Shown piece after piece: positions 25,341 through 34,718 of a stretch of 64,000 nt of DNA. Below the pieces are notes generated by a model. That model ran no database searches and was not told the DNA's origin. It saw nothing but the letters and a program-made list of their open reading frames with translations. Source of the stretch: Psammoneis japonica. Taxonomy: Eukaryota. Location: positions 682,001 to 746,000 of the forward strand of contig QPGO01000017.1 of assembly GCA_008632985.1 (NCBI GenBank), given 5' to 3'. The position numbers and the translations under genes were made by a program. Within the stretch, counting starts at the first letter, position 1. The number at the start of each line of letters is the position of its first letter.

Positions 25341-25884
25341 CAATCTTGGTGGTGGGCGCAGCTTTACGTAAATTCCGTAGAATCACGCTTTAACGAGTGG
25401 CGGGGCAGTTGAGTTAGTCGTGTGGCAACAACAATGCGATTGACGTCATTCGTGTTTCCAAAGTGCACGCGAATCCTCCAAATGGGTGATGGGCCCACCT
25501 CAGCTAACTGCCGGTGCAGCATGCAGTGACAGCGATGGCGTCGACCGTTTGGCGACTAGATTTCGTGTGCGATGGCCGCGCGGCAGTGACGGCTGAAATG
25601 CACACGAAGCACGGACGGAATTGCACGTGATTTTACGCATTTTCAGTGAACTTGGCAGACTTTGCGTGCTCCGATCCTTGCATCTGTTTTGTTCAAATTG
25701 AACCCATGCACCACTTGCAAGTGCTGACACCTGGAAGGTCACTTTGTTGCAGTTCGACGTGTTTGAATCTGGTTGCTGACGTTGCCAGTTCTCCTTGGTG
25801 TGATGCACGCAGCTCTCTGGGTCTTTCTTGGCACTTCTGAACGATCGCACTTTTTGTTCCCATAATTTCTCTCCGACTGATTTG

Positions 25885-26757
25885 ATGGCACGCAAAAGAA
25901 ACACAACGACCTCCCCGGCTGCGAAAGCCAAAGTCGCCGAAACCAAACAGAAGAAGGCAAAGACGAAGTTTTCTGATGCTCTGTTGAAGAAACTAAGTCC
26001 GCCCCGCAAGACCAACGGCTTGACCGACGACGACCTTAAACCGGAAGACTGCCTTGCCAAGCACGGGTTCAAGCTTTCCAAATCCGCCGGTTCTGATGAT
26101 GGCAGCCATTCCGACAAGGACGCTCTCCTGCGCTGCGCCACCGTCACTGTCGGCCGCAAGAAAGGCGTCGTTTTTCGTCTCCAAGCCAAGAATCCCCTTT
26201 TGACCAATGTTTGGTCGGAGAAGGTTCTGTTTGACAACCTTCGCAGCAGGACTCCGTGGGCGGTTCAAGTCGGATTCCACCCTTGTGCTGGCAGGTGGGT
26301 TCACGAGGGCGAGTTGCAGACGAACGCCAAGAACTGCGCCGTGCGTCTCTTCTTCATCTTCCTCGAAGAAGTCCCAACCGATGCCAAAGTGCGCGGCCTC
26401 GGGAAGCACATTGTGAAGCAGCTGAACGATGACCCTGAGAACAACACCGAGGTCTTCATTGAAGACGACTTCTTCTGGATGAAGGATGCTGTTTGGTCCG
26501 AAGTGATCGGCAACGAGGCGGCGCTTGCCGAGCTTCAGAAGGAAGGTGGTCAGTTTCACATCGGTTGGTGTGCCCAAAACAAGAACTCACTTCACAGTCA
26601 CTTCTACAAGGGGTCGTTGCCTGTGGAACTCTGTCGTCTCATTGGAGCTCCGGCAGAAGAAGCTGGAGAAGAGGCCGACGATGATGTCGAGCTCAACTGC
26701 GAAGTTGACCTGAACGTCGATGACGACTTGGTGCTTCAGGACAGCGACGAAGACTGA
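25885..26757 (+). CDS. Hypothetical cargo protein with Lys-rich N-terminus and acidic C-terminal tail (TpA-mutated)
   Basis: Open 290-codon ORF MARKRNTTTSPAAKAK...EEADDDVELNCEVDLNVDDDLVLQDSDED; GC3-rich codons; followed by a poly-T run. Confidence 0.65.
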   Translation: MARKRNTTTSPAAKAKVAETKQKKAKTKFSDALLKKLSPPRKTNGLTDDDLKPEDCLAKHGFKLSKSAGSDDGSHSDKDALLRCATVTVGRKKGVVFRLQAKNPLLTNVWSEKVLFDNLRSRTPWAVQVGFHPCAGRWVHEGELQTNAKNCAVRLFFIFLEEVPTDAKVRGLGKHIVKQLNDDPENNTEVFIEDDFFWMKDAVWSEVIGNEAALAELQKEGGQFHIGWCAQNKNSLHSHFYKGSLPVELCRLIGAPAEEAGEEADDDVELNCEVDLNVDDDLVLQDSDED

Positions 26758-26845
26758 GTTTTTTTTTTTTTTTGCCGGTGCAGTGTAAATTTGCAAATGT
26801 TTGGCAAACCAAGTGTCGATTGCAACTCAGCTTTCCTCTGTCTCT

Positions 26846-27781
26846 TCAAGTGTGTGCCATCTCCGACGACAACTTTGCGTTGCCGCGAAGCAATGGCGAA
26901 TTGAGCAGAGTAACTAGCGTGTGACGTCTGGCACAGTGACAGCAAAAAAACAGTTCAGTTGAGTTCTTAAGCAAAATTGGCCATTTCACGACGGGCAAAC
27001 ACTTCCGTTCCAAGTGTGTCGGAGTGGGACGTCGCATGTGCTGGCTGGTTGACTGAGAAGTCTCCTCTTTCTTGGTGCACTTGTGGAAGACAAGATGTTT
27101 CATGTCTCCGCTGTGCCACAAAAAGTCGCCATCATGGCAATCCGCCGTGAAGGACTCGCACATCCACTCTCCCGCGTGCGACGCAAACAGCGGATCTAGC
27201 GCCACCACCACGGTCCCAGCACGACACAACTTCGAAAGCATCGCCTCTGCCTTCTGCTGTGTGTTCTTGTCGTCGACCATGCGGGAGTTGCAGTTGTTGA
27301 AGAACACCTTGAGTCCTTTCTTTTTCCACAAAGGAGCCAGCCTCTTGTCCAAGAATGACTTGTTGATCAACTCCAACCCGCCGTTCGAGCGAAGGCCAGC
27401 ATGATGAGCCCAACGTGCAGCCTCTTGGTGACGATCGTGGTCGGCCTCAATGCTCACCACGGTGCAACGGCGACAAAGTAACTTGAGCCCGATGCTGGGT
27501 CCGGCAACTCCCCCGCCCATGTCGACAGATGTGTCGCAGGTGTGATTCACGCCAAGAAGGCGTTCGTTCAAAAACACTTCGCTGCTCAAAGTGAAGCCAA
27601 CTTCGCCGCCGTGCGAAGATCCACTTCCGTCTCCGGAGACACGCCTGCTCTGGAACGCGGAGTCCGGAGCCGTTTGAAGACAAAACTCCCTGACACTTCT
27701 GTGATGATGGTTCATCGCACCCAACCTTGTGGCAACATCAACCTTGCTTGCAGCGGGGTCGACCAGACGTCGTGTTTCCAA
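26846..27781 (-). pseudogene. DOT1-like class I SAM methyltransferase (H3K79 methyltransferase family), TpA-mutated
   Basis: Motif order matches Dot1: (Y/H)GGE, DTSVDMGGGVAG (cf. DTFMDLGSGVG), VSIE, KSFLD (cf. KSFVD), VFFNN (cf. ILVNN), KAEAMLSKLCRAGTVVVAL (cf. KVEKILQTAKVGCKIISL), DFLWHSG (cf. VSWTHSG). Confidence 0.7.
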
Positions 27782-28126
27782 ACCAAACTGTGACGTGCGC
27801 AGAATGCGTAAAATTGCCGTCGCGCCCTCTGCACGCGCGAAATTTTCAAACGCGGCGTGCCACCTCTACCTGCGTGTGGAGCGACGCACGAAGTCATTTT
27901 AAACAGATGTGCAGACGCGTTGAAATGACAAGACGCCTTTAGGCGGTAAAATTTGTTTTGAATCTCGGCCTGCTTCTCAACGTTGCCGCACTTGCATGTC
28001 CGTGTAATTCAAATGCACGAGCTGGCACGGCACGTGACGCACTTCTACGCGAGAACTCGCACTGAGATTGCCGTGGGATGATCCTCCCTCCGCGGAGACA
28101 AAAACAACGCGACAACACTTCCGTCA

Positions 28127-29596
28127 TTGCACTTTGAAACACATTTCAAATTGAGACACACCATGTCGCAACTGCCTCGTGCCTCGCTGCGTCGTCCCAC
28201 CAACGACAAGCACTTGTCGCGATTGAGTTGCAGCCGGTCTCGACAGTGTGGGGGTTTGGGACGTGCAGCTTGCAGCCCGACAACAAGCAAATGCTTCTCG
28301 CGATTGGGTTTCGACCCCACTCCCCTGGAGTCCGCCGGTCCCTGTCAACAGAGTTTTGCTTTGGGTGCTCTTGAGGCAACGGAAAGCAGACACATCTCTC
28401 GATCAGGTTTTGACCCCACTCCCCTGGAGTCTGCCGGTCCCTGTCGACAGAGTTCTGCTTTGGGCACTGTTGAGACGACAGTGACAGTGTCAAGCAGCGG
28501 AGCATTTGCCGGCAAGTTCGCACACACGTTCTCTGCGAACACCGCATCATCAATGCGCACCAGGATGTGCGAGAACGTGTTGAGGGCTCAACCGCCACTT
28601 CGCAAGGCCCACCGCAGCCGCAGGCGAATCCGCAGCCGCGCCAGTGGGAAAACATCCAAGATCACTTGCCTCGTTCCACTCGCACCGTGTGCCACTGAGA
28701 GTCTCTCCGCACACTGCGTAGCCAACCGCACTCTAGTTTACAACGGGGGCTGCACTCAGCCTGCACCACCTTGTCTTGCTGACATTGACTTTGCCGAATT
28801 GGCTCCTCTGGTTGTCTGTGACCCTGTGCTTGATCTGAAGCCTTTCTTTGGCTTGGACGGTTGCCGCTGCGACAACACCTGCACCCTGCTGCCGCGTTCT
28901 GCTGTGGTGTTCAGCTCCCCCAACCCAGCAGAACTGGTTGCTCAGTGCCGAGTGCTCGAAGCACTGGAATGCTGCACTGCCCAGTCCACCGTGCGCAGCA
29001 AACAACGCGTTACCTTCATGGAGACGGACAGGAGCAAGCATTCCACGATTGGCCTGGCTGCCACGAGGGACGCTCGAATTTCTTGCAAGCAGCCTGGCAC
29101 AGCCGACCAACACACTCACCACCTCACCAGACTTCTTTCACGCATGGAGCACCTTGTCAATGAGTGCGTGGACCATGCCATCCTCAAGGGCATCGCTCGT
29201 GTCAAAAAGTTTCACAACTGGAAATCCCTGGTGCGGTCAGATGGCATTTTCTCCTCTCTGGCGGCTGGGCGCAATGTCTTCCTCAACGCCCATCGGGACC
29301 AGGACTTCTTCCTGTCAGTGGTCACCGTGGTGGGAGTCCCTCCGTCCGGCAGCTGCACCATGAATGACGGGATTGTGGCGCACTTCTGCTTCCCCACCGA
29401 AGGCATCTCCGTTGCACTCCGGCTTGGTGATGTCATCATTTTTAACCCCACCAAGCACTGCTGCATCTTCAGCAGGACAAACTCAAACGACGAGTTCTTC
29501 TGCGTGTCTCTCTGCCTGAAGAGTGCTGCAGTGGGCAAGAATGACAATTCAATCCCCCTTTCTCTAGAGGAAGAGACCATTCTCAGGCGACTGTGA
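28127..29596 (+). pseudogene. TET/JBP-like Fe(II)-dependent dioxygenase (DSBH domain in the C-terminal third), TpA-mutated
   Basis: NVFLNAHRDQD (HxD); FCFPTEGISVALRLGDVIIFNPTKHCC (FP..G..V.L.xGD..IF...H pattern); SLCLK (cf. S.Y). The true start codon is uncertain. Confidence 0.62.
28297..28475. repeat. Two-copy 99-bp in-frame tandem duplication in the 5' part of the dioxygenase ORF
   Basis: GFDPTPLESAGPC occurs twice; the copies differ by reciprocal TG/CA (gatTGgg/gatCAgg, ggTGct/ggCAct). Confidence 0.85.
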
Positions 29597-29818
29597 CAGT
29601 GCAAAATAACTTGCTAAATTTGCGTAAATTTGCTGACTTTCTGTGCTCAGGCGACTGTGCAGGCACCCACTAATTTGCTGGATTTGCGCAAATTTACCGA
29701 CTTTCTGTTCTTCCTCGTTCCCATTTTTCGAACCACAACTGGGGCCATGCCTTTCCAACTAATGCTGCAGTTTCACTGAAAAACACCAACACACTGTGCT
29801 GCTAATTTACAGAGCACA

Positions 29819-31355
29819 CTACACGGCAAACGTTTTGCCAGACGCAGAGCTTCTCCCCCCCGACTTGGGGAGTAGACGCGATTTCTTCTTCCAATTCATG
29901 GCACCCGACGTCACCTTCCTCTTCTTCTTCTTCTTCTTCTCCGATTTGTCCAAGTTGCATCTGCAGAGAAATTCCTCCCTGGGCATGATTCGCTTCGTGA
30001 CTGCCAAGCACCCGTCGTTGTAGAACTCGCAGTTGTTGTCCGCGTGTTGGCTTGCCTTGATCTTCTTCTTGTCCTTGAACGACTCGGTGGCATCATTCAC
30101 GTGGTGCATTCCGAGGTAGAGTGGATGGGAATTCTTGTTCCCTGGACCGCTAAAATCAAGCGGTTTTGGCTCCACTGTGACACAGCAGCCCTCGCTGTCA
30201 TGGATGGTGGAGCAGCACACGCTGTGGTCTTTTCCAAACTTGCTGTCGTGGTCGTGCCACGAGCAGCTCCTCGTCGTACCGGGCACCCTGGGGCCCACGT
30301 AGATTCCAACCGTGCTGCCTTTCTGGAACTGGTGCAAGGCAAAAAAACCAATGCCTGCGCCCCTCCGTTGCGATGCGCGCAGCTCGCCCACCTCCACCTC
30401 CTTGGGGCCTGCGGAGCGAACGGACTTTTCGAGGCAAAACAACACAGGTTAAGTGACACGGCGCCTCATCCAAATGTGCACACTTCTGCACTTACTCTCT
30501 TCACGAGATGGACCAGTGCGAGTGACCACCCCGCTTCGAAAGCCTCGACGGCGGTCTTGAACACTTTGTTGCTCTTTGGCGTCAAGTCTGGGATGCCCCT
30601 CTCGCCGACTTCCGTGCGGTGCCTCCACACCCACTTGTGGTGTTCGCCGTGAGCATTTGCGACGGCTTCAGGGTCGCTCCTGATGCACCCCAGTTCTCCC
30701 AGCGCGGGGAACCAGAAGTCGGGATCATTCGGCGCATCCTTCATCAGGCACATGGACTCCTGGAATTTATCGGATTTTTCGTGCCGCAACACCCAGTCCC
30801 ACAAGTCGAGTGACGGATCGTTGGGGTCCGGAAATTGCTTTCCTTCTTCTTCCTCTTCTGCCGTTGCTTTCGCGACCACTTTGGCCGCGGGCTTGGCTGC
30901 CTCCTCGCTTTTGCCGCTGCAAAAAGGCAGGACCTCCGGTTTCACAAAGGTGGCCTGATCACCCACCAACTCGATCTTGCAACCGGCCTCAAGGAGCTGC
31001 TCGGCGGTGCAACCCAGCTGCTGTGCTTCATTCCAACCACAAATTTGAAAGGTTGGCTCCGGCGGCACGGCTTTCTCACTCTTTTCAGTTTGGGACTGCG
31101 CCGGCTTCTCCGACATCCTTGCGCGTTCGGACTCGACGGACACACCCTCGGCACTTCCCTCGGCGCCAAGTGCAGTCATGGCAGCTGCCGCCGCGCCTTC
31201 GGCGCCCGTGAGTTCTGCCATTCGGCACTTCCCTCGGCGCCAAGTGCAGTCATGGCAGCTGCCGCCGCGCCTTCGGCGCCCGTGAGTTCTGCCATGACTT
31301 CCGGAGCTGCTGCATCCTCTGCTTTGCCAGACGCAACGATGTTGTCCTCCGCCAT
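29819..31355 (-). pseudogene. SET-domain protein (SET at ~29930-30400; low-complexity N-terminus, frameshifted)
   Basis: GAGIGFFALHQFQKGSTVGIYVG, YLGMHHVND (cf. RFINH), NNCEF, AVTKRIMPREEFLCRCN (cf. ATRDI.PGEEL..Y). Upstream ORFs 30466-31221 and 31176-31382 are out of frame. Confidence 0.7.
31149..31295. repeat. Perfect 74-bp tandem duplication
   Basis: cggcacttccctcggcgcc...gagttctgccat at 31149 and 31223. Confidence 0.9.
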
Positions 31356-31819
31356 TCTAGCACCGTGATGACAGAGCTGCACTCACTGCTGTGTGGTGTG
31401 CTGCTTTGTTCCAGCCGTTGGCGATCCACATCCTTCTGCGCACGCAAACGTGTGACACTTTGCACCAAATTCCACGTAGTGCGTCTGCACCTGTCTGCGT
31501 CCGTCTTCACTGCTGTGCGCACTACGGCACTGCAGCGCACCCTTTCAAACCTTCATCAATGTTTGTTTTTTCCTTCCTTTTCCTTTTCTCTTCTTCTTCC
31601 ATCTGGCTGGGAGGAACTGCTGGACAGCCGGCCTCATTTCTCGGCATGTTGCCACGCAGAAATCTGCTGACGACCGGTCTGTCCTCTTGGAACGAAAAAA
31701 GGCCCTTCTTGCGACAGTGACAATGGTGTTCAGAACCGTGAACCTGGCAAATGCAGGCACAGGAGCACGTCAATTGACAATGTTGGAAGACGCAAGAAGC
31801 ATTGCACAGTGAAAAGCTG

Positions 31820-31847
31820 GTCGATTTTGGAAACAAAATCGACTTTT
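31820..31847. other. Perfect 10-bp stem hairpin with GAAA loop followed by TTTT (candidate far end of the Helitron)
   Basis: GTCGATTTTG-GAAA-CAAAATCGAC-TTTT, roughly where CpG-rich sequence gives way to CpG-poor sequence. Confidence 0.5.
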
Positions 31848-33672
31848 GCACAGATGCCAAAAGGCAGAGGACAGACCGGTTTTTCACTTGCAGTCGTGTG
31901 GTGGCAGGGCCTCCACTCTAGCCACAGCAGCTCTGGGGCCCCCAGCTGCTGGAGTAGAGTGGACCACCCAACAGTGTGGTGCACCTCCAGATCATGGGCA
32001 AAGACTTCTTTCAGCAGGGAAAAGCACCAATCAAACTCTGTTGGTGCGCGGCTGGTTCTCACAAAAGGAGCAGAAACATGGCGGGGGAGGAGCGCAGGAG
32101 TCAATGCATGCAGCGGCTCTGCACACACATTGAGCATGAGAAAAGGAAAAATGCACTGGTGTTTTAGGAAAGTGCAGCATGGCAGGGCTTGAGCCGACCA
32201 AGTGGATCCACATCTTTCCTTCAGGAGCCACTGCTCAGCAAAAAAAATCAAAAATGAAGCTTGCCTTGAGTCGATGACTGAGGACAACACACGTGAGTTG
32301 CTGGGGTGTGTGCTGGACAGTTGTTCCATTGCATTTGTTTGTTGTGCTTTTGAAAGCTGGGTGGGCTGTTTGACAGCTGCTGGGTTGCTTGCACACATTT
32401 GCTTGCAGCTGGGTTGCTCAAAGCAAGTGCCGCTCATGTCATCTTTAAAAGTCCAGGAGAAACAATGAAAGGACACTGTCTGTCAGCTCCATTGCACCAC
32501 CCTCGATGCACCTTGTTGCAGGCACAATGTGCAGATCAAATGTCATTTTGTCACATCCAAAATGGAGCCAATGTGTGGTCTCTTTGGCGCCACTGTCTCA
32601 GAGGCTGTTGGCGAGATGACGCCGCAGGAGTTGGAGCGTTGTTGTGAACAATCATGGAAAAGTGTTCTCTGTCATGTTCCACATTGCAAGGGTGAAGATT
32701 TACAAACCAGTGCAGCTGGCACAAGGCTTGAGAAACAATCAAATGAGCACATGCAAGAACAAACAAGCCATTGCTGCCTTGTTTTTGGGGTGCTGCACTC
32801 AACACTCACTGTGCGATGTGTGCTCCGCTCACATTTCAAAAACATTGTTGGCAAGTGCAGCCACAGCCACAGCAAATTCGCTGAAAAACAATTGAGCACC
32901 GCTGGTTGTGGAAAAAGACATGTCAAACACATTGGGCGGCATGCTGTGGAGCACAGAAGGCTGTTGACAAATGATCATGGTTGCCAAGCAACGTCTCAGC
33001 CAGAGCAGCCAATTTCTTCACAAAAAAGTGCCAGATGCAAGGAGACAGGTGCAGAGAGCAAGAGGCAACTGTGGCTGTGTGCTGCACTGTTGGCTCATGT
33101 GTCTGATCTGGCCACTTGCAGTTGACAACAGCGGAGTTGATGCAAAGCAAAGTTCATCATGGCAAAAGGCTCGTTGCGCTCAATGTTGTGTTGTGCTTGT
33201 TTGTCAATTCTCATTTGCAACCACAAATTGAACTTGATCTTTTGCACCAAATCATGGCCAACAAAAAAATTTTTAAAAACAGCAGTCAAGATCCCAATGA
33301 AAAGACATGCGGCTGCTCTCAAACAAACACTCAAGTCATTCATGCATGTCATGTGTTGTGCTGTCATGCATGAAACACAGTTCCACAGTCAGGTTGTCAT
33401 TTTCCTGTCATTTTGTTGGGCAGAGGCCCCTGCACTTTGACAAATGCCAAGCCACAAAATGAAATTTCACATGTGCACTCATGCACTTCACAGCAGCAAC
33501 TCTTGTTTCACCACAGTGTGCAGAGCACATGTGCGTGTGGCTGGACTTTTGTCTCTTTTGCAAGGCCTGCATTTTGGCCACACAGCTTGTGTGCATGTCC
33601 ACTCAAACTTCAAATTGGATTTAACGCCAGCCACTCCCGCCATCCAAAACTGGCTGTCAGTTGATGACAAAC

Positions 33673-33780
33673 TGCAGCGGGCATCCCTGCCGCAGCCGAC
33701 GTTGATGTGCATCGCTACGGACAGCCTGCAGACACAGGAAAGCAGCATCAATGTCGGCTGTGGCAGGGATGCCCACTGCA
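33673..33780. mobile_element. ~104-bp MITE with ~33-bp TIRs (Tc1/mariner-like); inferred TA TSDs now read TG and CA
   Basis: tg|cagcgggcatccctgccgcagccgacgttgatg ... catcaatgtcggctgtggcagggatgcccactg|ca; 3 transition mismatches. Confidence 0.65.
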
Positions 33781-34480
33781 AAACCTTGCTGTGTTTTGAC
33801 ACAGCAATGAGTGTGGGCATTGTGTTGCCTCCGTGGTTGTTCCAAGAGATTGCCAGAGAGCTCATCCTTCCTTTCCCTCTGGTTTGGAGTCTCCTTGCAC
33901 TTGAAGCAAAGCTGCAAGCATCCTCAACAGCATTTGCACACATGCTGCAGGAACCAAGCAGCACACCACTCCATTTTGCAGTGTTTCTGGAGCAGCAACT
34001 TGAGCAGCAAGTGCTGCAACAACACTGAAAAGCTCAAGTGCTTTGCTTGTGCACAATTTTCTCACCCTGCTTGAACTCTTTCAAATGATGTGGCTCTTTC
34101 TTTTGTGAGTGGAGTTTTTCAGGGCTGGCTGCATCATGGTCAATTTGAACAAAAATCTGGACCTTCATCAAACACGGCACACCAGCTGAAACATTGAGAC
34201 AGCCAACAATGTGGCACGGCAAGGCTCTTCTTTCACTTTTTAGCAAGCAGCACTCCAACTGACCAGACAGGCACCACACCAGGGTCAACCAGCAATGCCC
34301 ACCACTCCTCAGCCCTGTTTTGTTGTTCTCACATCAGAGGAGGGAATGACAAATTGCTGCAGCTTGCAGCACCACTCTGCAGCACTTTTGGAAAGTCTGC
34401 AATGAAGCCAAACAATCCACGGGATTTCCCAATTTAAGAAATGCTGGGCTTCCACTGCCCAGCCAACCTGGAAGGTTTTC

Positions 34481-34718
34481 TGACAGGATTTGAACTTTAC
34501 CGCGCACAGTTTTGTGTGCTTTAGTTCCGCGCGTTCGCGCACGATGCAGTTTGCTTTCGAGCCACAAGGCTCACAAGAACAATGACAGCAGCCCGATTGT
34601 GCCGACTCACATGTCTTTCGGCTCCTGCAATGGTCTCTGAGCGGAGACTCATCTGCTGTTTAGACAGCAGTGAGGAGTCATTGTTTGAATTCTTGCCATT
34701 TGCCTTCAATTTCTGTCA
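34481..34718 (+). repeat. 5' LTR (238 bp; lacks ~38 bp present in the 3' LTR)
   Basis: Aligns with 41234-41509. Confidence 0.93.

Larger units (their letters stand above)
17389..31850 (-). mobile_element. Large Helitron/Helentron-type rolling-circle element with cargo genes (boundaries inferred)
   Basis: Contains the RepHel ORF. It begins where LTR homology breaks, with a 19-bp inverted repeat. The CpG-retaining, TpA-depleted composition is uniform through the cargo genes and ends near a GAAA hairpin at 31820-31843. Confidence 0.6.

Noticed and set aside
31820..31847. Rho-independent terminator
   Set aside because: The shape fits but the DNA is eukaryotic nuclear; kept only as a candidate element terminus.
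31850..34480. Further cargo ORFs of the Helitron
   Set aside because: Older, CpG-poor signature and no recognisable domain; it appears to continue at 41515-42100 as the copia's target sequence.
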